This document shows, one piece after another, positions 28,970 through 38,550 of a stretch of DNA of 64,000 nt. Every line of letters starts with the position of its first letter. The stretch's first letter is position 1. The position numbers and the translations under genes are program-made. A model generated the notes under the pieces. The model was not told the origin of the DNA. It ran no database searches and saw only the letters and a program-made list of their open reading frames with translations. Source of the DNA: Candidatus Hydrogenedentota bacterium (GTDB lineage: Bacteria > Hydrogenedentota > Hydrogenedentia > Hydrogenedentales > JAEUWI01); NCBI GenBank assembly GCA_034669905.1, contig JAXMOL010000011.1, positions 1 through 64,000 of the forward strand, given 5' to 3'.

Positions 28970-29707
28970 ATGATCATCGTGGAATGTCCGCAATGCAATA
29001 CCGCTCTGCGGATTCCCAAGAAGTACGCGGGTCAGTTTGGGAAATGTAAGCAATGCGGTGGGAGGCTTCACGTTCCCAATTCTATTTCGGTGGAGGATGA
29101 TAATTGGATCCATCAAGCACCAGCACCAATTCTTCCAAGAGACGAACCGACTTTGGCCACTCTCCCAAGCAACACGCCCGACGTAATACCTGTGGTGTCT
29201 CCGCCAGTATACGAACCAACCCCATTCACTGGTGACCAAGAAGAACCCGTGAGTTACCGCCGTAGGCATCCAAAAAGAAAAAAGAAGGACGGCATTGACA
29301 AACAATTTCTCCTCGGTCTCGTCGGGTCAGTCGCCCTTTGTGTTGGCGTATTCGCACCATTGCTAAGTGCCCCAATTGTCGGATCCCAGAATTTGTTTGC
29401 GAACAGTCAGGAGATGGGCGGTATTGTCCTCTTGACCGGGGTTGCCTCCTTGGGCGTAGTGCTTGTAAAGAAATATGAGGCGTTGTGGCTCACCGGTCTC
29501 GGTGGGTTGGCGATGACGGTCCTGGCATTTCTCAATTTTTACAAAGAGAAAAAGCAGATAAAATTAGATTCCCAGGACGATCCTTACTTCGCTGAAGCGG
29601 CAAGCGCTATGGCAGATATTCTCCAGATCGAATGGGGGTGGGCCGTGCTACTGGTTGGTTCCATTTTGCTCATTGCTTGCGCCGCGATTCACGACGAGCG
29701 CACCTAA
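28970..29707 (+). CDS. Zinc-ribbon plus multi-TM membrane protein
   Basis: CPQC...CKQC, Pro-rich linker, about four hydrophobic helices. Confidence 0.8.
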   Translation: MIIVECPQCNTALRIPKKYAGQFGKCKQCGGRLHVPNSISVEDDNWIHQAPAPILPRDEPTLATLPSNTPDVIPVVSPPVYEPTPFTGDQEEPVSYRRRHPKRKKKDGIDKQFLLGLVGSVALCVGVFAPLLSAPIVGSQNLFANSQEMGGIVLLTGVASLGVVLVKKYEALWLTGLGGLAMTVLAFLNFYKEKKQIKLDSQDDPYFAEAASAMADILQIEWGWAVLLVGSILLIACAAIHDERT

Positions 29708-29768
29708 CATTGGCCGTATCGTCGACGTACTCTTGATTCGCCCAAGATAGGACGTGCTCCCTTGGCAG

Positions 29769-30701
29769 TTATCCTTTCACCAACCGGAAATCGATCTCGT
29801 AACGAAAGAAATCAACGCTGGGAATCATGGTAAGTGCGCGACGCATTTTGGGATCGTCTTCGAGGGCTATAATAACCCCTACAACCTGCTGCTCTGGCTC
29901 GGCAAGTTCTTCCTGAACGTAACCCATGTATCTCAGGATTTGGCCCACCACCGTGTCGCTGGCTCGGCCTCGTTTCAATTCGACTACCAATAGCTTCTTC
30001 TTGTCCTTGCTGACTGCCAAGATATCAAGGGGGCCACTGTCGGTAAGGTATTGTTGCCCGACGAGAAGGCCATCCTCCTCAAAGATGTCGAACTCCTTGC
30101 CCAGTTCCGTTTGCGCCCAGTTTCTTACAAGGAAGTCTTCCAGATGCTTCTCCATCGCAAAGACCGCCAGGTCCTCCACAGCACCTTCGCTGGTAGTCAC
30201 TGTCGGAGTGGGATTGCCTCCTATAAGGCGCTCTACTTCCTCCGCGTGTCCGTTCTTGCTCAGATTGCAAACAGTTCCTACGGAGCCGGAAGAGTTCTTC
30301 AACCCGTCGCTCATGTCGGCACGGCTGATGGTATTGGGCAACCAGGTTACAGGGCGGCGATGAGGCAGGACTTCCCCGGGTGCGTGGTAGTAATCTCCGG
30401 TCACCTCGGCCACATGGTATTGCCCGGTACCATCTGGACACAGCACCCGATCCCCAATTTGGAGTCCCTTTGACACGGTCCATAGCATCCCACAAGCGAG
30501 TCCAGCACCCACCTTGGATTTTTCCGGGTGAGCCGATAGATAAACGGGAATGAACACTTCGTTGAAATCCCGCCAGGCGTCAGGCAACTTTCCCGTGAGA
30601 TCCTCGGCAATGCCATAGTCCGCACCAATAAAATTACCAGCGAAACACTCGGGGGCGTACATGCTCTTGGCACCGAGCATAATGCGATAGTAGGTCCTCA
30701 T
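29769..30701 (-). CDS. NucS/DUF91-like PD-(D/E)xK endonuclease with an N-terminal putative reader domain
   Basis: EKHLEDFL, LDILA...VVELKRG, VGQILRYMG; last gene of the BREX operon. Confidence 0.85.
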   Translation of the reverse strand: MRTYYRIMLGAKSMYAPECFAGNFIGADYGIAEDLTGKLPDAWRDFNEVFIPVYLSAHPEKSKVGAGLACGMLWTVSKGLQIGDRVLCPDGTGQYHVAEVTGDYYHAPGEVLPHRRPVTWLPNTISRADMSDGLKNSSGSVGTVCNLSKNGHAEEVERLIGGNPTPTVTTSEGAVEDLAVFAMEKHLEDFLVRNWAQTELGKEFDIFEEDGLLVGQQYLTDSGPLDILAVSKDKKKLLVVELKRGRASDTVVGQILRYMGYVQEELAEPEQQVVGVIIALEDDPKMRRALTMIPSVDFFRYEIDFRLVKG

Positions 30702-30726
30702 ACCAGTCGAATCCTTCCGTGATCCA

Positions 30727-32781
30727 TCACTCCACCATAGCCTTCAGCAACGCATCCTTCGCATCCGAATAAAACTGGATATCAACCTTCGTCGCCATGT
30801 CATCGGACAGTTCATACAGTTGACGGCGACACGCAACGGGCATCAACAGGGCCGTCGCTCCCTTTTCTATCGCTATTTCAGCTATGTTCACCGGGTTGTG
30901 CACGGTTTCAATGGAGCCACCGAGGTTGATTTCTCCCACGATGATGAGGCCACCACGAACGCTTTTTTTGAGTAGGGCCGTAGCCAAGGCGATTAAGGCT
31001 GCCACTCCCAATCCACCACCGGACTTGGAAGCATCAAAGGCACGAAGTTGTACGGTAAACTCATGCTGCCGGGGTTCTTTATCTCCCACCAGCTGTTTCG
31101 CACGGGCGTACATGTTTTGTTCGGCGTAACCCATGCTCTCTTTGAATGCTGGCGGCACCGGCTTGTTCAGAATCTTCACCCCGGAACCCGGCCCTTCGTT
31201 GATCTCAATACGATAGAGGCCAGCGTGTTCTTCGTTGCCACCGGGGCTGATACACCAAACCTGTCCCGGCTCCAGGGGATCACTCCCAATGCTGTTGTCG
31301 CTCTGGAGTTCAGGGGTGGATACAAACTTCTCAACGCCATCCGTGCCCATCACATAGCTGAAATGGGTATTCCGGAATTCCGCTGCTCCGATTCGCTTCT
31401 GCTGTTCCTTGACGCGCCTGCGGGTTTCCAAAGCAAGCCGAACAGCCCATTCCAAATCCTCTTCGGGAATCTCTTGCTCGGTTCCGGGATAGAGTAGCTT
31501 AAGAAGACCACTGACCGTCTTGTTTACCGCGTTGGTATCTCGACCAGAAAGCGCGCCACCGTAAAACACCTTGTTCTGGAGTATGTTTACCCGGCTCTGA
31601 TTCCGCACCTGGCTCCAACATTCAGAAAGAAAATCACTTACCAATCCGAAATGGTTCGTCAACAGTTCCTTGCTGATCTTGGGCACATCCCAACCGGGCA
31701 GATAGGCGTGAATTCGGTCCATGAATGCCGTATCGTCCCGCATTTCGGGAGGCATGGGACCGAGCAAATGGCCTACGCGCTGCTGATGCTCCACATCCAC
31801 GTCAAAATTTCCCACCAGCACAATACTTCCATCAGCCCGGATGCTCTCCTTACCTCGGCTGAACTCACCGGATTCCATGTAGCCCTTCATGATGTTTACG
31901 CCGTCTTTTTGGTCGAAGGAAATACCAGATACTTCATCGAAGCAGACCACGTCGTATTGGCAAACCAAACCACGTTGGCCATTGGCATTGTTCACAAACA
32001 TACGCGCCACCGTGGCCTTACCTCCCGAAATCAGGTGGGCGTAGGGCGAGACCTGTTGAAAAAGGTGGCTCTTACCCGTCCCCCGTGGTCCCAGCTCCAC
32101 CATGTTGTAGTTTCGCTCTACGAAGGGCACCATGCGCAAGAGCATAGCGTCAACCTGACGAACGGATAAGCCTTCGGGCTCGATGCCAATGGATCGCAGT
32201 AGAAACTGTTTCCATTCTGCCGTGGAGAATTCCTTCCGGGCTTTCTCCAGGCTTTCTAACACATCCCGCTTGGAAAGCTGAATCTCCCGGAGGGAAACCA
32301 CTCCAAAAGGCCGCCCCTTACTTTCCTGTGCGATGGCCGCATCGTAGTTAAGTGTTATCTCCGCATAGAAACCGCCGGTCAGCATCCGCTCATGTCTATT
32401 TACCAACTCCGGGCTGATTCGCACGTCATTGAGGCGAAGGCTGGGGAGGGTTGCGAGATAGCAGTCGGTCTTGGCGTCGAGCCGGGCGGTGATGATGTCG
32501 ATGATCTTCACCTCACCCTGTTCCCGTGCCCTCGCCTTGAATAGCTCCTCTTCACCCGCCTTCACCGTCTTCGATTTCAGCTGACGTTGGACAACTTCGA
32601 TCCCCTCATCGATTTCTTCCTGATTGGTGCTGGCACAATAGCGTCCCAACAGGAATTCAACCACATACGTGGGGACAGGGAATTGGCGGCTAAAGGTCCG
32701 GACCAAATCTTTCCGGACAAGGTACCCATCCAGAACCGAGGCAGCTTTCTTGTCGATGGCATCAAGCTCAATCATGGTCAA
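30727..32781 (-). CDS. brxL: BREX Lon-related protein BrxL
   Basis: VPTYVVEFLLGRYC, ELGPRGTGKS, DVVCFDEV, C-terminal Lon-like domain. Confidence 0.93.
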   Translation of the reverse strand: MTMIELDAIDKKAASVLDGYLVRKDLVRTFSRQFPVPTYVVEFLLGRYCASTNQEEIDEGIEVVQRQLKSKTVKAGEEELFKARAREQGEVKIIDIITARLDAKTDCYLATLPSLRLNDVRISPELVNRHERMLTGGFYAEITLNYDAAIAQESKGRPFGVVSLREIQLSKRDVLESLEKARKEFSTAEWKQFLLRSIGIEPEGLSVRQVDAMLLRMVPFVERNYNMVELGPRGTGKSHLFQQVSPYAHLISGGKATVARMFVNNANGQRGLVCQYDVVCFDEVSGISFDQKDGVNIMKGYMESGEFSRGKESIRADGSIVLVGNFDVDVEHQQRVGHLLGPMPPEMRDDTAFMDRIHAYLPGWDVPKISKELLTNHFGLVSDFLSECWSQVRNQSRVNILQNKVFYGGALSGRDTNAVNKTVSGLLKLLYPGTEQEIPEEDLEWAVRLALETRRRVKEQQKRIGAAEFRNTHFSYVMGTDGVEKFVSTPELQSDNSIGSDPLEPGQVWCISPGGNEEHAGLYRIEINEGPGSGVKILNKPVPPAFKESMGYAEQNMYARAKQLVGDKEPRQHEFTVQLRAFDASKSGGGLGVAALIALATALLKKSVRGGLIIVGEINLGGSIETVHNPVNIAEIAIEKGATALLMPVACRRQLYELSDDMATKVDIQFYSDAKDALLKAMVE

Positions 32782-35120
32782 CCCTTACCAATCATTGTAT
32801 TTGTTTGGGCCTTTAAGGCACCGTTTTCATCCACCAGGACTACCACGGCGTCTTGCCCTTCCAGGTCTTCATCTTCGACAACAACGCTCCCCGTTCCATT
32901 ATTTTTCATGGGCTTACTGCTCAATACCACGCTGGAATCTGCATTTCCCGCTTGGGTACGAATATCAAGGACGAGCCCGGAAACGTCGCCATCAACGGCC
33001 ACGGTACACCGAAGTCCCTTCCAAACCACATCCGTAATTTCAATAAGACTCCCGGATGGATCTGCACCAGGTCTGGTCACCTTCAACTGAAGGGTCAGGC
33101 ATTCCTGAAGGCTCAAGCCTCCATGGGCATATTCCTCCCCGTGTTTGAAACAGCTTATCCCATCGGCAAGGGCAAATTGCTGGTTCGGGTCCCAATACCA
33201 GGGGTACAATCGCTCCTTGGTCTTTACACCGGGTTTTACCGAGGCACACCGTCCCCATTTGTGCTCCGTCAATGCGGCAGCCAACTCTACTTTGGGCAAT
33301 CCACCTGGCAGTAATAACCATCCATGGTCGGTGACCACATGCACCTGCTTCCAGCCCGCATCCAGCAACCCCGAGATTCGGTCACGGATTTCCGCCAAGA
33401 GCCCATCTAGATGTCGTGCCAATTTACACCCCCGGTCATGACCTTCGTGGTCAATATCCCCAAAGGCACACCAGGCCTTCCCGGTACCATCTCCGTGTTC
33501 TGCGGGATCTAGAATGGTCCAACCGCCATCGGTGAGTAATTTCTTCAGATGATAGCCACCCTTTAGGGACTGTCCCGTCTCCAGCATACCCGGCTCGAAG
33601 TCCGTATTGGCTTCCTGTCCCCGAATCTTGTCACGTACCGGGGTGATCGCCGGTTTACCGGTAGCCGTGACACTGGGCAATGCCGTCCAACAGGGAGACT
33701 CCGCCGCCGTCATCCCATCCTGATCCAAGAGGTCTTGCAGTCGTTTACCTACGTCAAACCGAAGGCCATCAACAAACAGAATACAATCCCCGTCCTGATA
33801 GACTGGCTTGGCCGCCGAAAGACAGGTACCCCCCGGATAGGTCGTGCCATCCACGGACTTCTGAAGGTGTCGGGCCGATTGCTCTGCCCAAGGTTGGTAA
33901 ATGGCGCGAATGGCTACCGTAATGGCTTGCAGGTCTTTGGCGTTTTCCGATTCGGCCAGGGCGCGTAACACCGCATCGTCCGCCATCCAACCCTGATGTT
34001 GATAGGCTGCGGCCATATCTTCTGCGGTACCGGCCGCGATGGAGGTTTTGGTAACCTTGGCAAGAGCGGACAAGTGTTCCAGGGCCATCGCCAGGGGAGC
34101 CTGTCCCAGTTCCGCCCACACCAAGTTACGGCGTGGTCCATGGGACTGTTCCAAGGACATCAACCGCGTTCGCCCGTCATGGGCCGTGCATTGGTCGAGG
34201 GCTAGTACATCCGCCCGAAGAGATTCCTCTTGTTCTTCATTCCATTGGGGCCAAGCCCCATGGGATTTGACATCGCTAAGTAAGTCCGGTGGGGGCATGG
34301 GACATTGACGTAGACGTTGGGGGATACCCGGATACCGCTTGGGTGCTTCACAGAACCGTTCCCAGGCCGAGCGCCAGGGGCCTTCCTGAGCCGCCAAACG
34401 CTTTACGCCTTCCAGGATACCATCGTTTTGTGGATCGAAGGCCATCGTCGATTTACAGACCGATACGAAGGCCTTCCACTCGGCATCGCTCCGGCTATCC
34501 TTGAACACGTCCTCCTGGTCCAGCCAGTGAAGCAGATCCCGCATCGGATCGCCTCCAGTCAACAAGGTGTTGAAATAATCCTTGCCCAGCTGTTTTTCCT
34601 GGAGCAGATTCAGGTCTTCATCCAGCAGCCGGGTCAGGGCCAGTTGCATGGCATTTTTGGCGTCGTTATCCTGCGACACATCCAATCCCAACCCACCCTG
34701 GTCAGATTTTAGGAAGGCCAATATGGTCCAATCCTTGGCATTAATCTGAGACCAAATCGCCCCGCGATACTGCAATTCAGCGAGAGGTTTTAAGTGGTCC
34801 GGACAACTCTCAATCGCCCGGAGGTCTTGACGGCTTACACCGGGCAGATACAGCACGGGTATCCGGTCTTCTGGCAGGGTCACGTCTTCCGTCGTCCGGG
34901 CAATGAGACAGCGAAGCCAGATAGCTGGTCCGGTACGCTTTTCTGGCGCATAGTCACCCAGGCAAACCAGTTCGGGCACTTCTGCCTGCAGCAGGGGTAT
35001 AGCCGTTTCCCACTGCCGGTCTTTGTCAGGCCACAAAACGCATGCGGGTGCAACCTCCACCTCCGCGTTGTGGGTGGATGCCTTTCGAATGGCTTTTACG
35101 AGATGCTCGACGATGGTCAT
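32778..35120 (-). CDS. pglZ: BREX alkaline-phosphatase-fold protein PglZ
   Basis: LFVDGLRFD, LPSVTATGK, VVTDHGW, YAHGGLSLQE. Confidence 0.95.
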   Translation of the reverse strand: MTIVEHLVKAIRKASTHNAEVEVAPACVLWPDKDRQWETAIPLLQAEVPELVCLGDYAPEKRTGPAIWLRCLIARTTEDVTLPEDRIPVLYLPGVSRQDLRAIESCPDHLKPLAELQYRGAIWSQINAKDWTILAFLKSDQGGLGLDVSQDNDAKNAMQLALTRLLDEDLNLLQEKQLGKDYFNTLLTGGDPMRDLLHWLDQEDVFKDSRSDAEWKAFVSVCKSTMAFDPQNDGILEGVKRLAAQEGPWRSAWERFCEAPKRYPGIPQRLRQCPMPPPDLLSDVKSHGAWPQWNEEQEESLRADVLALDQCTAHDGRTRLMSLEQSHGPRRNLVWAELGQAPLAMALEHLSALAKVTKTSIAAGTAEDMAAAYQHQGWMADDAVLRALAESENAKDLQAITVAIRAIYQPWAEQSARHLQKSVDGTTYPGGTCLSAAKPVYQDGDCILFVDGLRFDVGKRLQDLLDQDGMTAAESPCWTALPSVTATGKPAITPVRDKIRGQEANTDFEPGMLETGQSLKGGYHLKKLLTDGGWTILDPAEHGDGTGKAWCAFGDIDHEGHDRGCKLARHLDGLLAEIRDRISGLLDAGWKQVHVVTDHGWLLLPGGLPKVELAAALTEHKWGRCASVKPGVKTKERLYPWYWDPNQQFALADGISCFKHGEEYAHGGLSLQECLTLQLKVTRPGADPSGSLIEITDVVWKGLRCTVAVDGDVSGLVLDIRTQAGNADSSVVLSSKPMKNNGTGSVVVEDEDLEGQDAVVVLVDENGALKAQTNTMIGKG

Positions 35121-36913
35121 TCGATAGGCTCCATCAATGAAAATAGCTCCATCGCCTGACTAACCAAATCGTCCGTCCTCTTCTCTATCCCAGTGGTATC
35201 CCATGTACGGGCTTTTGCCAAGCGAGCGTTCAAACTTAGACCGTTCTTATACCCGACGGGGCGTTTCTTTTTATCGCACCGGTCACGCTTATCTTCGAAG
35301 CTCTTGTTGCCAAGCGAGCTGTTGAAACCAGAAATGGTCAGATTTCCCAATCGATGCACATGGCTTCTCTGGATTTCTCTTGCCGTCTCAACGTCGCCAT
35401 CAGCAATCATGTTAACCCACGGCTTGGGAATGTTCTCCCCCTGTGGCAAGACATGTTCAATGGTCCACAGAAATTGCTTTCCTTTCGTGCGCCACAGGTC
35501 CACCCAGGTTTCCTCCGTCATGCCTTGCTCTGCCAAGGCGCACAGTATGAACCGAGTGACCCCGGCGTTCTCCTCATAAATCGGACCTTCCAGCTTTTGT
35601 CTGAAAGACTCGTCGGATGCGGAAATTTCCAAGAGTCTCGTTCGAACAAGCTCGGGAACTGCCGCACCTGACGTACCATCGAGGCCTTCAACAATTGTCA
35701 TGAACACCCTCGTCATGTCCCGCGTGGGTGGCGTATCGGTGAGGTTGCGACGAACGAAAAATCGAACGAGCAAAGAAATAATCGATGTGAGGTGATCAAT
35801 ATTGAGATCGAGGGCCTTCTGTCGCACCAATAAGTGAAGCATCAGCAAGTAAGAAGGTGCGCCTTGTATTCGCTCAAGCTGCTTTAATGGATAGGCCAAG
35901 TCCTTCAGAGTATGGTCAGAGCGTCGTGCCAATATGGTCGCATAGAGCCGTCCTGCCTCGCTCACCTCCTGGAGAAAGAGCTGCGCGTCATGGTTGATGA
36001 GTCTCTCATAGACTTGGATAAGGTTGGAGCGCGTAGCGAGTGGGACCTGGAAGATCGCTTTCAAATCTTCCCTGAACGCATTGTAGTACTGGCGAAAAAA
36101 ACGCTCTTGTACGGCGTAGTCATCCCCCAAGTACGTAAGCAGGCGATTCCAGAGCTTGAAATAGTGATCAACCTTACCCGGATCCGCTTTCTCCAATTGG
36201 GCCAAGAGCTTGTTCTTAATGAGGTCGACCCCGGTGAGGGGCATTCCACGATTATTCAGGGACTCGAATAAGGTATAAGCGTCGGCATGGCTCGCCACTT
36301 CAATCTTGACCAGACACGATTGTCTAACGTTGTCGAGGAACTCTGTAATCGCATTAACGGGCTTGTCCAAGTCCTTGATCACACCCTCAAGGCGGCCCAA
36401 AAAATACCGATAGGCTCGGAATATCTTGCGATTTCCAGCATAGGGTGGTTTGTCATACGCACCGATAATCTTTATTTTCGCCAGGATAGCTCGGTAGTCG
36501 TCCTGGTTATAGTTCTGAATCTGTGGAACCAAACGAATAACGTCGTCTCCCTTCTTCAAGACCAGCATGCGCTTCAAGTTGACCAATTCGACCCGCTGCT
36601 CATCATTCAGAGTGGCGTTATGGGCTTTTAGCTTGGTGTATAGCGCGGCAAGAAGTAGTGAGAGAGTCGTCAAACGTTGCTGACCATCCACCAGTTCAAG
36701 ACTTTGGGTGGATAGCGTATCCGGCGAGTGATTGATGCAAATGATTGAGCCCAAGAAGTACCCAGGGTCATTTTCGAATACATCGTCAAACAGGTTTTCC
36801 CACTGGCTCTTGCTCCAAGTATATTCACGCTGATAGCGGGGGATGGCGTATACGACGTTCCCTTCAATATCAAGTAGCTGGGTGATCGGATAGTTATTTA
36901 CCGACTTAATCAT
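35117..36913 (-). CDS. GmrSD-like DUF262/DUF1524 (type IV restriction-like) protein
   Basis: IPRYQREYTW, VDGQQRLTT, FESLNNRG, IEHVLPQ, LGNLT...NSSLGN; start MIKSVNN. Confidence 0.92.
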   Translation of the reverse strand: MIKSVNNYPITQLLDIEGNVVYAIPRYQREYTWSKSQWENLFDDVFENDPGYFLGSIICINHSPDTLSTQSLELVDGQQRLTTLSLLLAALYTKLKAHNATLNDEQRVELVNLKRMLVLKKGDDVIRLVPQIQNYNQDDYRAILAKIKIIGAYDKPPYAGNRKIFRAYRYFLGRLEGVIKDLDKPVNAITEFLDNVRQSCLVKIEVASHADAYTLFESLNNRGMPLTGVDLIKNKLLAQLEKADPGKVDHYFKLWNRLLTYLGDDYAVQERFFRQYYNAFREDLKAIFQVPLATRSNLIQVYERLINHDAQLFLQEVSEAGRLYATILARRSDHTLKDLAYPLKQLERIQGAPSYLLMLHLLVRQKALDLNIDHLTSIISLLVRFFVRRNLTDTPPTRDMTRVFMTIVEGLDGTSGAAVPELVRTRLLEISASDESFRQKLEGPIYEENAGVTRFILCALAEQGMTEETWVDLWRTKGKQFLWTIEHVLPQGENIPKPWVNMIADGDVETAREIQRSHVHRLGNLTISGFNSSLGNKSFEDKRDRCDKKKRPVGYKNGLSLNARLAKARTWDTTGIEKRTDDLVSQAMELFSLMEPIE

Positions 36914-37122
36914 TCTCCGGTTCCCTGTGCAGCTTTTTTCTCGGCCAAAGTTAGATGGTAGTCGTTGATGCGGTCGCCTTTGAACACCGGATACCAGGGG
37001 GCGGACCCCACGTCTTTGCCACGGTCTTTGTCCGGCCACAACACACACGCGGGAGCCACTTTCGGCACAGTATTGTGAATTGCTGAATCACGAATGAACA
37101 TCTTGAAGCGGTCTATCAGCAC
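36910..37122 (-). pseudogene. Chimeric scar: pglZ 5' stub fused to a pglX 3' tail
   Basis: VAPACVLWPDKDR is identical to the PglZ N-terminal motif; the tail GKDV...RINDYHLTLAEK aligns with the PglX end GKDV...RINNTHIPLSSK. Confidence 0.8.
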
Positions 37123-37305
37123 AATATCACCTTTTTATAACGAGAAGCTTGAAGTCGCTTCACAGCTTCTGCAAACAAGCTCCAAGTTCTACTCAAAAGC
37201 TAAGCCCTCTACACCGACTAGGTTTGGAGCACATCCTGGGGAGTGTATTCGAGGATACCTACCGATAAGATTCGCTTCGATCTAAGTATGTGCGGATTCA
37301 CTGAG

Positions 37306-38550
37306 CTAAAAAAGCATCATCTGGGCATCGTTCTTTTTCTCTATGTCCCGGAGGGATTCGAGATAGGCTGGACCATCTAGCTCACTATCTAGAATTTCGA
37401 AACTATTTATTTTCGTTCCCAAAAGCTTGGTCCGTTCTCTGCTTTGCTCATAAAGTGCCTCAAACAAAACTGACGGCACTATCGTTCCTGTCCTAATAAT
37501 TCGGCAGCATAGTCCAGCGCATGCCTGATTACTCAGCAGGTCATCAGTTTCATCAAGATACTCCAGTATCTGCTCCGGACAATGGTACTTTTCATGGACG
37601 ACTTTCCAAAGCTGTTTCTTTTCACGATATCCGTCGGGCGGGACTATATCTCTTGAGGATTGGTACATTCTTGTTGACGATACGCTATCTGTGTGAAATA
37701 TTGAGTCTACCGCAAACTGACCGACCGGAGCGCAAACTGCATTGCCCGCCATTCGAAGTGCGCTACCTCTCTTGATACCCTCAAATGCATTCATGTCATG
37801 GAAGCCTTGAAAGCCCAAATTTTCCTTTACCGTAAGCTTTCGAACTTTTTTGTCATAGCACACCGCAACTGGGGATATGCCTCCTTTGTGTGAGGGAGCT
37901 CCGACTTTCAAAGTAGGGACAAAATCCTCCCTTAGGCACAACGACCGGGCACTAGCGGTCCAGTAGAAACTCAACACCTTCTTTCCTTCTTCAATCCTCG
38001 AAGGTCGCTTAGGCGGCTTTATCTCGCGATGAAGCGCCAAGGCGATGTTCTTGATTCTCGATGCGACGACGAAGATTCGATTCCTGTCTTGTGGTACACC
38101 GAGTTCTAAAGCGTTTATTAATCTCCAAGAACAATACGAAAGACCAATACTTTCCAGTTCGTCTAATACCGTTTTGAAGTCTTCCCCTTTATTGATGTCA
38201 AGAAGATTGGGAACGTTTTCCAAAACGACCGTATGAGCTTTGCTCTCGTTTACGATTCGTATTATCTGAAAGAAGAGGGAGGACCTTATTCCCTTCAATC
38301 CACTTTGCATTCCCGCTTTTGAGATGTCTTGACAAGGCCATCCAGCAACTACCACATCCACTTTAGGCGGAGTAAGTGTCTCGACATCGTCGTGAAGGTC
38401 GGTGTTTTTGAACCTTCTACCCAAGACTATTCTGGCGTCCTCATCAATCTCGCAGCAAAGGACTGGAGGCGCAGACTCGGATTCGAGCCCGCCAATCCCA
38501 CTGAATAAGCTGATATATCTCATATGATTCCACCTCTGCTCGGAACTCAA
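37306..38550 (-). CDS. C5-cytosine DNA methyltransferase
   Basis: LFSGIGG, GWPCQD, LENV, PQDRNRIF, AGNAV; TTG start overlaps the pglX stop (alternative ATG at 38523). Confidence 0.93.
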   Translation of the reverse strand: MSSEQRWNHMRYISLFSGIGGLESESAPPVLCCEIDEDARIVLGRRFKNTDLHDDVETLTPPKVDVVVAGWPCQDISKAGMQSGLKGIRSSLFFQIIRIVNESKAHTVVLENVPNLLDINKGEDFKTVLDELESIGLSYCSWRLINALELGVPQDRNRIFVVASRIKNIALALHREIKPPKRPSRIEEGKKVLSFYWTASARSLCLREDFVPTLKVGAPSHKGGISPVAVCYDKKVRKLTVKENLGFQGFHDMNAFEGIKRGSALRMAGNAVCAPVGQFAVDSIFHTDSVSSTRMYQSSRDIVPPDGYREKKQLWKVVHEKYHCPEQILEYLDETDDLLSNQACAGLCCRIIRTGTIVPSVLFEALYEQSRERTKLLGTKINSFEILDSELDGPAYLESLRDIEKKNDAQMMLF

